DNA of 64,000 nucleotides from Octopus vulgaris (Eukaryota). Of this stretch, positions 13,198 through 27,299 are shown in pieces (the first letter of the stretch is position 1; each line of letters starts with the position of its first letter). A model generated the notes under the pieces. That model saw only the letters and a list, made by a program, of their open reading frames with translations. It had not been told where the DNA came from and made no database searches. A program made the position numbers and the translations under genes. The stretch lies in the NCBI GenBank assembly GCA_951406725.2, contig OX597814.1:179056001-179120000 (forward strand), read 5' to 3'.

Positions 13198-14268
13198 AAG
13201 AAATGTGATCTGGCAAAATAACCATGGCTGGATGTATAGCACTGTGAACCAATACCGAAGTATGCCCATGCACTGAACGAAGAGGATCGAACAATTAACT
13301 ATAGGCAATCCTGCCCGTCGTATGGAGGTATAAAATCAAAGAAAGCACACCTAAGTAGGAAGAAAAAAAATGAAAATTGTGGAAAATCGATTCAACGGAT
13401 CCGACAGTCCGATAGCAGAATAGAAGATATTCAGGTAAAAAGAAAAAATATGAAAAACTTGTCAACCTTTAAATCAGATATGCACCGAAAAATAAGAAAT
13501 GTAGAAAACAGTGAGACCAGGCGCCACTCTTACAGAGATGATTTCGATGCGAAGATATGGAATTGACAAAATAACAATGCCGCTCAATAATATAAACGGA
13601 CACTCGGGATTAAGTGTTCACATCGGATTTTGTAACTTCTTTGTGAATACAACTAGCTTTATGAACCAAGTTAGAAAAGTTTTCTCTGTGTCCTTATGTC
13701 ATGATCCAGAAATAAAATCAAGCTCGAATTATAAGAGGCACAATGTGTATGTCTTGAAAACGAAAACAAAAACCAGCAAACGCTGTGTAGTTATTGATTG
13801 TTTTGAATACAATTAATTAAGATAGGAAGAAATTATGAGTTAGGAAGAAATTATATCACAACATATAAAAGGATTTGGCTGTTTTAAAATATGAAACATG
13901 TCAAATAAACAGCTGCACTAGGTGTGAGGAAACTATATTTTAGCGCATACATAGAATTAATTCATATATACAGCTGCGTGTCATGGTAAATGAAATGTGT
14001 GCAAACATGTATTAATAATGCAGAGATATGGTTTCTTCGGCAAATAGTGATTGCGCTCAATAGAGATATAGTGACAAACGTCGAAATGCTTACAAGAGCG
14101 AATACCACTAGAAAGCTCCCTACCAGCATAAGGAGACAGCAGTCTAAGTACACTGGATAACATGTGGAAATAAATATCTAGAGTTCTTAGTGACAGTCGT
14201 TTAATTACAAGGAAGAAAACTCCAGGCACGACACAGCAGTAAGGTGCTTCGTTACTTTACAACCGCCA

Positions 14269-14912
14269 AAATACACTGATAATAACTACAGAAATCAAAC
14301 GGGCTAAGACAATCTCCTAGCAAACAGTCAAGTATTTGGATTCACGTGGACCGGTTTCTGCACTGGCATAATAACTTCAGCTTCCTCAGCACGCGTTTCC
14401 ATGATAGAGACCCCGCAACCCGTCGTGTTGAAGTCTGCGCTGTAACTGATTCGTTTTGCGCCGAAACCATGGCAGTCACCAGAGTGAAAATATTTTCGAC
14501 ACGGAGCAAATAATTCACGAGAAAAAATAATTCAGGAAAAATATAATATAATATAGGCGATTGTAGCCCTACCCCCGCCAAAAGAAAAAAGTAAATTGCT
14601 GAAGGATGAAAATTAATCAAAGGACACACTAAGTATGTCTACTTGCTGGTAATAACAGTCAAAACTCTTATTTAAATCGCGAAAATACACTGATAATAGC
14701 TATAGAAATCAACCGTCCGAAGACAAACGGACTAAGACAATCTCCCGGTACATATTCAAGTATTTGGACTTATGTGGACCTGTTTCTACACTGGCATAAT
14801 AGTCTCAGATTCCTCAGATTTCAACTTGACCACGTTCATGAAGGAACCTGATGAAGGAGATGCGCAAGCCGAAACTTTAACGTCACTGCCAATCTTTTCG
14901 TTGAAAACATTT
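14269..14912 (+). repeat. Diverged direct repeat (14269-14495 and 14682-14912)
   Basis: Shared blocks AAAATACACTGATAATA..AGAAATCAA..CTAAGACAATCTCC..CAAGTATTTGGA..GTGGACC..CACTGGCATAATA. Confidence 0.7.
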
Positions 14913-14930
14913 AATATATGCAAGTGTATA

Positions 14931-15103
14931 GGCGCAGGAGTGGCTGTGTGGTAAGTAGCTTACTAACCAACCACATGGTTCCGGGTTCAGTCCCACTGCG
15001 TGGCATCTTGGGCAAGTGTCTCCTGCTATAGCCCCGGGCCGACCAATGCCTTGTGAGTGGATTTGGTAGACGGAAACTGAAAGAAGCCTGTCGTATATAT
15101 ATG

Positions 15104-15136
<33 letters not shown>

Positions 15137-15356
15137 TTGTGCGTCTGTGTTTGTCCCCCTAGCATTGCCTGACAACCGATGCTGGTGTGTTTACGTCCCC
15201 GTCACTTAGCGGTTCGGCAAAAGAGACCGATAGAATAAGTACTGGGCTTACAAAGAATAAGTTCCGGGGTCGATTTGCTCGACTAAAGGCGGTGCTCCAG
15301 CATGGCCGCAGTCAAATGACTGAAACAAGTAAAAGAGTAGAGAGAGTAAAAGAGTA
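14931..15356 (+). mobile_element. tRNA-derived SINE, family B with internal (TA)/(TG) tract
   Basis: Head GGCGCAGGAGTGGCTGTGTGGTAAG..GGTTCAGTCCC, 3' end CAGCATGGCCGCAGTCAAATGACTGAAACAAG and (TAAAAGAG)n tail. Confidence 0.9.
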
Positions 15357-16245
15357 TGCATTTTGCAGGTTTATTGATTGTTCAGTGTATTGCAAAAGAG
15401 ATAAAGATAATTTCATATTCCCTCAGTGAAGTGTATTTGAGTTCATTAGAATAAAGTATATCTCTATAATGGCGGATGTAAATGCCTGTTGGTTGATTGA
15501 TTTCTCAAGATAGACTTAATATCCAATAGGATGATTGAGCGAGAGATAGAGAAATTGAGAGATAGAGAGGGAGAGAGAGTGTGTGTGTGTGTGTGTGAAT
15601 GAGATATTCAGTGCAATTTAATGTAAAAGTTGAAGTCGAAAGAGGAACATAGAAATTAAAATTTAGTGACTGGGGAATAATAAGGATTGAAATTTGCGTA
15701 GTCAATAGACAGTTAACACACGACACACGCTTACACACACTGTGTGCAATTTTCTGTCCTTGACTCCCACACATCCACACATGCACGAACATAATTACAG
15801 ATAAACTAGAAGGATTATCTTGACAAGCATCCATTAGGAAGTGTTAAAGTAGCAGTAAGTTTATTATTGTGTATGTGCATGTGTGTGTGTGTGTGTGTGT
15901 ACTCATGTGTAGGCATATATGCTTATGATTTTCTGTTAAATAATAGCATCGTATGGTTACTCTAGTCGTTCTTTACGCAGTATAAAGAAAAGGGCTGAGT
16001 ACATTGGAGATACACAAAACGGCGCATGATGTGTAAATATATTGGTGTTTGTGTCAAGCAAAGAGTAAAGGATTACCTCACAGAGTGATTGAGTGGGTAA
16101 GAATCGCCCAGAAATCGGTGTATTATGAGTATAGTGAGTAAATGGTAGTTAGCTGTCGCTGAAAAACACTCCGATTTTTTAATATTAGTGCAATGGATTT
16201 TTTTCTTAGAAATCTTTGAAATTAATTGTTCGATACATACAAACA

Positions 16246-16276
<31 letters not shown>

Positions 16277-16392
16277 GAGACGGATGACTACTATGTGGAC
16301 AACCCTCATGCTAGAAGTAGATCCTCTATGGTCTTACCACAAAGAAATTTTCTCGTGAAAATTTAGAAAATACCACAACTTTATATATATAT

Positions 16393-16601
16393 AGTTAATC
16401 CAAACAAGGAAGCACAAAAAAAAAACACAACAACGCGAGGACGTGGAACAAATATAGTATTATTGGACGCTCAGGAAAGAAGGAAAGAAGGAGGGTTTAA
16501 CGTTTCGAGCGGAGCTCTTCGTCGGAAACATAGGAGAAGGAAAGATCCAGAGAAGGGAAGACAGAGGAGAAAAAAAATCACCAACGGTACACATGCGGTC
16601 A
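16393..16601 (-). mobile_element. Short PLE-derived element at (TA)n carrying a hammerhead-like motif
   Basis: Abuts (TA)n and is related to the 18650/19740 element (ACGCTCAGGAA..ACGTTTCGAGC..GCTCTTC). Confidence 0.65.
16495..16529 (-). ncRNA. Minimal type-I hammerhead ribozyme-like motif (variant core CCGACGA)
   Basis: Minus strand GUUU-CCGACGA-A-GAGC(UCC)GCUC-GAAA-CG-UU-AAAC: 4-bp stem I, 4-bp stem II, palindromic ACGU stem III. Confidence 0.6.
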
Positions 16602-16797
<196 letters not shown>

Positions 16798-17246
16798 TGA
16801 GAATAGTCGCTACCCATGAACTTATTTAAGACTATCCTTTCTACTACTGCTACTACAACCACAACAGGACACTGTGTGTCTACTTGGCCATTAAAACAGA
16901 TTACACGGACATCCTTTACTTCTTCGACTGCTGCTACTTAAACCATCAAGCTTCACACCCCAAAAATAGCTTAGCACCCGGAAAGACTTTTTTCAGGTCT
17001 GCAGCAACCTACTTTTAGAACCTTCACAGAGAAAAAGAGATAGAGAGACAGAAAAGAAAGGAAAATGTCCTACGTATGTGAAGACAATGGAAATATTTAG
17101 AAAACATTTCATTTAATTTTCTCTTCAATTTAACTGTTTTTCTTCTATATTAGAATAAAGTATATCTATATAATAGTGAACATAAATGCCTGTAAGTTGA
17201 TTGATTTCTCAAAATATCCAATAGGATGATGTAACGAGAGACATAT

Positions 17247-17295
<49 letters not shown>

Positions 17296-17476
17296 GTGTG
17301 TAAATGAGATATTCAGAGCAATATTCACCTGTGTTTTACTCTTAGTTGAAAAAGTTGAAAAGACAGAAACCTGTAGCAATCACTGCAAAATGTATTTCAT
17401 GATAAAATTATTTTACCATTCTCTACTAAGTCTTATTTTCCTTATACTTATCAACTCGTGTGTCACTTTTCAAAAT

Positions 17477-17479
<3 letters not shown>

Positions 17480-17563
<84 letters not shown>
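17480..17563. repeat. (CA)n microsatellite
   Basis: Direct reading. Confidence 0.97.
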
Positions 17564-17565
<2 letters not shown>

Positions 17566-18649
17566 ACATTGTGAACTTACGGATTCAAAGCTAACTTTTC
17601 CTAATTTCCTAATGTATATATCACAAGAATTTCTGCAGTAATATTAACAGTTTTGCCACCATGGTTAATACAAGGAAACGAGGCATTAACAGAATAACCA
17701 TAATTAAACTCTATCAAATTAGGGTTACACTCAAGTTTCAAATAATATTTATGCATTCATTTAATTTCATCTTTTCCTGTATACGGTAACACGCTAGCAG
17801 CGTATATTATAGCTGGGTAAATCTCTATAGAAATAGCTATGGGATTTATCTCTCATATATGCGCTGCATTAAAAAATAAATAAAAACTTTGTAGCATTTT
17901 ACTGTTATGACAATGAGATAGTTATTTGATAGTGACAACACATTCTATAATGAAGGCATATTTTTTTTGTTTTAGAGATATTTATTCGTACCTCTGCATC
18001 TGAACACCAATTTTACTGTCAATTAAATTTATTTTTCTTTCTTTTGATAATTTACATAAAATTGTTGTATTTCTCAACCAGGCAAAGTGTACATCGTTTT
18101 TATATATATATATTAGTAAATAGTGTTGTGGTCCCAATTATAGATACAGTTCTATGATCCCGATTATTGATAGAATGCTGTGGACAAAACAGAAATAACG
18201 ATGATGTCTCAATTATTGTCATGTTATCATGTACATATACTCCTGTTCCCAGCAAACCTGAAAGTGTGAAAGAAAATTTTATCTTTAGATATCAGCTCTT
18301 GAGAGCAGTGCGTATCCTGGTTTTGAATATGTGCTTTTAAATTTTTATGCAGCTTCATTTGATGACATCTATGGAACTAGTTTTCCTTGCTACACAGTCT
18401 TTGGGAAACACATATCATTAAACAGTCAGAAACTCGCTTTATACAATCGTTTTCTGGTTGCAATTCCGGCGTTACTCAGTTGTTCTGCATATTATTTTAC
18501 ATTCAATGAATACAGATTGAGTTTTCCCAAGTAAATAAGGTTATTGGTATGTTATGCATATTAAGTAGTTTGTAATAGAGAGTCACATGCAAAAGTTACT
18601 TTCTGAAAGTTATATCATTATATTAATATATATATATATATATATTTGT

Positions 18650-18814
18650 ATATATCCTTTTTTTTCTCCTTGTTTTTTCTGTACACCTTTCTGTAGAAGA
18701 GCGTAGGCTCGAAACGTAAAATACTTTTTCTATTCCTGAGCGTTATACTAATACATCTGTTTGTTTTGTACACCACCTGTCTCCGTCTTTTGTTTTTTTC
18801 GTAAATTTTCCCTA
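18650..18814 (+). mobile_element. ~165-bp TA-inserted element with hammerhead-like motif (copy 1)
   Basis: Flanked by (TA)n. Contains UUU-CUGUAGA-A-GAGC(GUAG)GCUC-GAAACGUA-AAA at 18688-18721. Inverted copy at 19740-19902. Confidence 0.8.
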
Positions 18815-18864
<50 letters not shown>

Positions 18865-18909
18865 TATATATATACATATATATATACATATATATATACA
18901 TATATATAC

Positions 18910-18940
<31 letters not shown>

Positions 18941-19045
18941 CATATATATATACATATATATATATACATATATATATACACATATATATATACATATATA
19001 TATACACATATATATATACATATATATATACACATATATATATAC

Positions 19046-19098
<53 letters not shown>

Positions 19099-19155
19099 CA
19101 TATATATATACATATATATTTATACATATATATATATATACATATATATATATAC

Positions 19156-19218
<63 letters not shown>

Positions 19219-19233
19219 TATATATATATATGC

Positions 19234-19266
<33 letters not shown>

Positions 19267-19297
19267 CATATATATATACATATATATATATATATAC

Positions 19298-19352
<55 letters not shown>
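18815..19352. repeat. Long (TA)n array punctuated by CA
   Basis: Direct reading. Confidence 0.97.
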
Positions 19353-19354
<2 letters not shown>

Positions 19355-19709
19355 TATACATGCACCAAAATTTGCCGTGAAATAGTTCACTTGTTTGTTA
19401 AGAATTGCGCTTTATCAAACTGTTACATTATATGTTCTGCATATTCTACATTTGAAATTTCTAAATGTACAATTGGAATGTTTCATTTGGAAGTTTGATA
19501 TCACCGTAACAAAGTTACTGACAATATTTGCTTTATAATTAACGGACACTACTCAATTCCCTTTCTGTGGAAGGAATATTTGCCATCTGTGATACATATT
19601 AATTACATATACACACACATACACACATGCACACATACATGCATATATACATACATACATACATTACGTACATACATTACATACATAAATTACACAAACA
19701 CACATCCAC

Positions 19710-19739
<30 letters not shown>

Positions 19740-19743
<4 letters not shown>

Positions 19744-19898
19744 AAAGTTTACGAAAAAAACAAAAGACGAAGACAGGTGGTGTACAAAACAAAGAGATGT
19801 ATTGGTATAACGCTCAGGAATAGAAAAAGTCTTTTACGTTTCGAGCCTACGCTCTTCTACAGAAAGGTACACAGAAAAAACAAGGAGAAAAAAAAAGG

Positions 19899-19902
<4 letters not shown>
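19740..19902 (-). mobile_element. ~165-bp TA-inserted element with hammerhead-like motif (copy 2)
   Basis: Reverse complement of 18650-18814 with about 5 substitutions and the same end points. Motif at 19831-19866 with a CUUU/AAAG stem I. Confidence 0.8.
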
Positions 19903-19929
<27 letters not shown>

Positions 19930-21267
19930 TGACGTAAGTTTACTGCGTATTTCCGACATCAGTGTCTGCAGGAGCACTGTGAATTTATATATCGCAGTCG
20001 TTAAATTTTCTCTAATAATGCGATGAAGAGACTCCTGTCACTGAGGAAGTACAGAATGCAGAAATCACGTGATCTGGTAGTCCTGGCACCCATTTCGTAA
20101 GATATATTTGTGTACAATCTGTATTCATTGAATGTATATACAAGCGCACATGCGTACATACGTATGTATATAGAGAATGAGACAAGATAATTGCAAAGTG
20201 ACAAAGTTCAAACATTAAGACTTTTCATACATTGAGTCGAATGAATATTGGCGACTACTTAAAACAACTAGATATTTAAACCAAATCGGTTACACATTGA
20301 TGCGTGGGACAACGAGATAAAAATATGATATGTAAACTTGCGCTCGGGGCACTAATTTAATCAGAAAAATACAGGAGAATGAAAATCAATTATGGACTAT
20401 TGGAAAATGATTTGCAAATGTAGTACCCATGAAACATTTACAGGTTCTTCTTGATAGAAAATTCATACCAGTATGTGGTAGCAAAATATGATTAGCATGA
20501 GCTCTTGGGAAGAGATGCACCGCATTAATTAGTACATATCTGGGACTGCAATATTTGAAAACCCTTTTTTAAAGACTTAAAATACCATAAAGAAATCAAG
20601 GTACTTTCTTTCAAAACATTTCTGCTAATAGAGATAGTCGATCAAAATTCTATCGTATGTAGAAAATCGAGTTGCGTACGACTCGTGTTATGTTATTCTA
20701 TTAATATACTTCGAATTCTTCTCCGCCTTGAAAATATCACGCAATGAAAATTTAATGCTACATACACATTTGCAATAATGTAGAAAATATTGACCATTGA
20801 AACACACTGCGAAGAGAAATAAGACCTTTGATATCTAAAGGATACACGCATTAGAAACCCTTGGAACATGAAATTTAAGTATCTTATTGAGTCAGTCATA
20901 GAGTTTATAGTGTATGTTTTCTTTCATACTGAAAAAATTGTTTCTTTTATAATTTACACAGCACACACATTTAACTCATGATCTTTACATTCATGATTGG
21001 TATTAATTGCAATCAATAACGACATTTTCCGGATAAAGGCAAAGCATTTTCAACCAGCGTATCATAATAGTTTATTGAAAACCATTGTCAGATTCTCTGT
21101 ATCAAGTATTCTCATCATGCTGATATTTTCATATCACCCGTCACCCTCAGTTTCGCAATCATTATTTATTTATGATTTTCATTTCGCTTTGTCATATTCA
21201 CAGACTTTTCATCATTCTAATTACTCACCCTTTCAAGGTATATTCTCTGTACTTGTTCATGCTGTAT

Positions 21268-22060
<793 letters not shown>

Positions 22061-22349
22061 GTTTGATATTTTATCCTTATATGCCCATAAATGTTGTCAG
22101 CAGACGCATACACAGCATACACACACGCACTCACACTCACACACATATCTTTTATCTATAACTTATTTCACCCATTGCAAGTATATGCCAGTATATCTGT
22201 CTATATCTGTATGTGTGTACGTGTATGTATGTATGTATGTATGTGTGCATGTATGTATGTACGTATGTATATATGTATGTATGAATTTATATATGTATAT
22301 ATACGTATATCGATAGCTAGAGAGATAGATAGATAGATAGATACATACA

Positions 22350-22382
<33 letters not shown>

Positions 22383-23119
22383 GTGTGCATGAGTGTGTCT
22401 GGGGGTGTATACGTCTGCTGACAAATTTTATGGGCATATAAGGATAAAATATCCAACCTTTCTGCTGTTATCAGGTCTTGTCTATATGATACGATACACA
22501 CTAAACGCTTCCAGAAAAAATAAAAGGTCAGTTATGCGTTGTATATATATGAACATATATGCAAATCTATTGATTATAGTGCTGCATACATATATATATA
22601 TATATACATACATGCAGACAGACAGACAGACGGACAGACTGACAAGCAGGCAGGACTTTTTTTTCAGCTTATCGAACTACGATACAAAAAGAAACAACAA
22701 CCTTCCGTTTCAATAAACCGCTATTGTCCCTGAAAGTCGTTTTTTTAATATTTACTAAGGAATGTTTGAAGCTACCTGTCTTCCTACATCTTTGATCCCT
22801 GGACGTTACTTGTCGTTTCCAAATTTCTGGCAGAATGAATTACGTCATATTGCTGTTCCTCTCACAGACGGTGCCCAACTGATCCTGCTATATTCTGTAG
22901 TCGGTAAAATATTTGGAAACTAATTTCAGAAACCAAAGCATGTATGTATACATACATACAATCCAGCACACACGTCACGCGTACAGACGTACTACAACTA
23001 TTTCGCTGTGAATCCTTGTAATATATAGAGAACATTCTTTCCTTTGTAGTTTTATCGCAGGTGGTCTACTTCTAGCATATGGCTAACCACATAGTGTTTT
23101 TTAGACCTTTAAATATACA

Positions 23120-25145
23120 TGTATATATATATATATATATATAGTATACATGCGAGTACGCTTAGATGTAGGTCTCTTGGTTGTATATTTATGTATTTTT
23201 ATGTGTATATATTCACAGTTTTTACTCATACATTTTATTGCGTTTTTTTGTACTCGTGCATTGTTTTGCTATGTATTTTTCTATCGAATTCTATACTCTT
23301 TTCATTTCTAGTTTTCTGTATCCCTCAACCATCAACCGTATCGATTACACCTGAGCCTTATTGAATACTTCAAATCGCTACTTCTGTTCTTTTTTATGTT
23401 TATATCGTTAAGTCGCCTCCTTTCGCCCCCCCCCCCCCTTTAATTTCACATCTGTATCTTTTTCTTCCTGTATGCTCTCTGAATTTTCTTAACTTATTTC
23501 TTTCCTTCGTCCTTTCTCTCTGTTGTTCTTTACTTTGCTTCTCTGTCTATTATCATTATTACTATTATTTCTTCTCTTCTTTTTCTTTTACTTGTTTCAA
23601 TGATTTCACCGCAGCCCTGCTAGAGCACTGATTTTATTCTATTAGTCTTCTTTGGTGAACCCCTACGTTACGGGGGCGTGAACACACCAAAATCGGTCTC
23701 AAACGATGGTAGGGGTACAAATCCAGCCTGATTTTAAATTTGGGGAACCCGCAAACCCAGTTTCCTCCCACAATACGTGAGAAGAAACAAAATTTTATTG
23801 CCCTCCAGGGGCTGGCTCGCAAAAGTGCGAGCCTCCTCCTGCGTGTCTAATAGCAACCAAATCGTTGCATATCCGACACCCCGTGCAATAAATTTCACAT
23901 TTGGTAGATAGTCCTTCAACTCTTCTATTACTTCTTTGGAGAACAAGCGATGGCGTCGAGAGCCTTCGAATATGTCCTCAACACCACAATCTTCTCCTCT
24001 TGCTGTTTAATCCATTCTTTGGGTGGTATACTCTCAAACGTTCTCTGAATATTTCAACAAAAATTATGAAAAGTAAAGAATTAAAAATAAAATCCCTCCC
24101 CACCAAAAAAACAGTTAGAAAGAAGACAAGAGAAAACACATAAAGACAGAGAAGATAAAAAGAAATGAAAAAATAATAGTTCAGCACGACAACAGTTCTT
24201 TGCACTGTGATAGTTCAAATCACTGCAACAGCTTCTTCAAAAAGTTAAATCCGACCAACCGGTATTCCTCGCCCTTGTAGTTTTAAAAGAACGGTACTCC
24301 AGTTGAGTCGAGGACACTGTAGCAGGAACAAAAATAATTTAACATTAAATGGTAAATCCACAAGGAAGAAAATTTTGTTTTTCCCCTGTAGCAAAAAGGA
24401 TTCCACAGATTATAGCAGCAGAGGATCCGCCCACCAAAATAATTCACCTAAAAATGATCAATGACATTCAAAAATGAACAATGACATTCTTTTTCGCCAT
24501 GCTATTTTTTAATGATCTCTAAATAGTTCAACAAAAATTTCATCAAAAATATGAAAAGGAAAGAATTAAAAACACCCCTCCCCCCAAGTTAGTAAAAAGA
24601 CAAAAGAAAAACATAAAGACAGAAAAGATAAGAAGAAATGAAATAAAACAGTTCAGCACGACGACAGTTCTTTGAACTGTGATAGTTCAAATCACTGCAA
24701 CAGCGTCTTCAAAAAATTAAATTCCGGCCAACTGGTACTCGTGGCCTTTGTAGTTTCCAAAAAAGCTACACCGGTTGAGTCGGGAACACAGTAGTAGGAA
24801 CAGAAAGTATTTTACCATTAAATGGTAATTACACAACGCTGAAAATTTTTTCACAGCAGCAAAAAAATTCTACAGTTTATGACGGCAGGGGATCCACCCA
24901 CCAAAATAATTACCTTAAAACTGAACACTTTTGCTTAACTGTAGGCAGACCAGAGTTCAGAATTCAGTGAGGATTTCTTGTTTGTATAAAATACAATACA
25001 GCAAACAAAAAAATTACCCACTGGACCCCAAAAACAAAAGTCTTACCTTACAGCTGAGCTTCTTTTACAGTCAATATTTTGCCAGCTGTACACCAGCGTG
25101 GCGATTTCTGTTGTGTAATAACAGCACTAACGCCACCGGAAGCGG
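23120..25145 (-). mobile_element. 5' portion (UTR + ORF1) of a second Tx1/L1-like LINE
   Basis: ORF 23734-23946(-) ..LLLDTQEEARTFASQPL..LFLLTYCGRK is similar to ORF1 of the 3632-8400 element (..FAIEEDARKH..LIPIYVGRR). The upstream region has a ~480-bp tandem duplication. Confidence 0.55.
24043..24925. repeat. Diverged tandem duplication (~24043-24458 and ~24517-24925)
   Basis: Shared blocks GTTCAGCACGAC.ACAGTTCTTTG.ACTGTGATAGTTCAAATCACTGCAACAGC, GTTGAGTCG and GGATCC.CCCACCAAAATAATT. Confidence 0.85.
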
Positions 25146-25671
25146 AAGCAAGTTTCTTCCCACACAGCCACCTCTGCGCTGTTAATCATTATTTTAATTC
25201 TAACATCAATTTTAAACCTTTCTGTTTGACTTCTATTATATTCCTTTTAGTTACTTGTAATTCCCATTTCTATACAAAATCTATTTTATTCTGTTCTGCT
25301 ATTTCCTCTTTTTACACAATGTTTTTTTAATTTAACTATTCTTGATATTTATTCCTCTACTAGTGTCAATGCCCTCTGGCAGCTGATTTCACACGGCTGT
25401 ATTTTTTAAAATTGTTTAACCAATCAGGTTAAAATATTCATTCGCTGAACTGTGAAGACGATGTTACGTTATATATACTCACGTAATTTAATTATTCAGC
25501 ATTATCACAACTCTGTGCTGAACGGTTACTTGCAACTCTTAAATAAAATAGAATAACATTGTAGCTTTAGCATTCACGTACTACTTTTCCGCCCTGTTTC
25601 GCACCTATGTGCATACTTATATATGTGTGTGTGTGTCGGAGGTGTCTGTGTGTAAGCGCGCGAAAGTCTTA

Positions 25672-25715
25672 TGCCTAAGATCAAGGTCTAATATCTATTC
25701 TTATCAGTTTAATAT
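25672..25715 (+). pseudogene. U2: 5' fragment of U2 snRNA (pseudogene)
   Basis: CTAAGATCAAGGTCTAATATCTATTCTTATCAGTTTAATAT versus U2 CTAAGATCAAGTGTAGTATCTGTTCTTATCAGTTTAATAT. The branch-site recognition sequence is mutated and the match runs into (TA)n. Confidence 0.75.
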
Positions 25716-25730
25716 ATATATATATATATA

Positions 25731-26140
25731 TTAAAACAACTCAAAAGCCACAAAAGTAATGACTTCATGACTGACAAAGGGAAGTAAGTCCACAGGATAT
25801 ATCCTCGGATTGTGATTTCTTATTTTGAAAACGGTAAAGCACATGTTTTCAGCGGTTTTACTTGACAGAGGGAATTGAGTTTAACCCTAGGTGTTATGAG
25901 ACAATGAGGAGGATTATAAGGGCCTACATCAAAATCCGAAATCGCGATCTGAGCATATATACAGTGGGGATTTACTTCTCTTTGTTAGTCAATAAGACAG
26001 TGGCTTTGTGACTTTTGACTTCTTTGAACACTAATATTTAACAAAAGCAGTGTTATTCAGTACCCACTGTCACTTCTGTGACCTCTATTAATCTTGCCTT
26101 TAGATTCTAATTGTTAATAATCCACCCTTTTTTAAATTTG
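25731..26140. mobile_element. Decayed PLE-type element with imperfect inverted ends and a degenerate hammerhead
   Basis: 25741-25793 is an imperfect inverse of 25964-26018. 25901-25952 reads aUGAGGA-GGAUU..AAUCC-GAAA-UCGCGA-UC. It starts at a (TA)n array. Confidence 0.55.
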
Positions 26141-26207
26141 TATCTATCTATTTATCTATCAATATACATCTATCTATCTATAGATAGATAGATAGATAGA
26201 TAGATAT

Positions 26208-26290
<83 letters not shown>
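26140..26290. repeat. (TATC)n/(GATA)n microsatellite
   Basis: Direct reading. Confidence 0.95.
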
Positions 26291-27079
26291 TTTATATACA
26301 CATATATGTGTGTCTGATTATATGTATAAGTGTAGATATATGGATATACGTATGCGTATCGAATTGATTTGGACCCTCAATTCGTCAATGAATGTTTGGT
26401 GTACCGTCACGAGAAACAGTACCTTCTGGCATCTGTACATCTGGCGCAGTCCATAACTCTGTAGCCCTGTACTTGGCCGATTCCCCTCCTAATGTATGGC
26501 AAATACAAAGGAACAAATACGAAAAGCATTAAATTGACCCTTGCACAATGTTGCTTCGAATGTATTGATCCCCACAAATGGATCCGAATCTATTGCCACA
26601 AAGCATTTTGCCGACACTTTCCAGAAAGGCATTTAAATTGTGTACCTGAAATCCATTATATGTCATATATTTTCACACTCTTTTGTAAGGAGAAAGTCAT
26701 ACAATAATACAACATTAATTCGTTGCGACATTTCTGTTTTCTGCACTTGGATGAGACATGTTGAGATATATTAGTCTCAGCATTATTATACGAAATGTAA
26801 TTCTACCATAAATTTAATTAATTGTTTTTAAGCTATTCATACGTTCCCTGTAATATATTCGGTCTAGGCCTTCTGTGTAGTAACATCATATTCATAATAA
26901 TATATAATTTGTCGAGAACGTTTGTGTATTAGATGCACTGTGTTATCGTTTGTGGATCTCAGTGTCAGACATGCCCTCACGCTTACACATTCACACAATC
27001 CTACACATATGCATTTGTGCATGTATTTATGTATATACATATTTATGTGCGTGAGTATGTGTTTGTATATACTTATATG

Positions 27080-27144
<65 letters not shown>

Positions 27145-27163
27145 ATGCATATGTATGTGTAAG

Positions 27164-27208
<45 letters not shown>

Positions 27209-27256
27209 GTGTCGAAAGTAAAAATATTTGTTTACACCTGCGTTAACTCCATTTTT

Positions 27257-27299
<43 letters not shown>

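Noticed and set aside
23120-25715. Keno/Utopia-type U2-targeted insertion
   Set aside because: The U2 fragment is ~500 bp from the LINE end, on the opposite strand, and the rest of U2 is not on the other flank.
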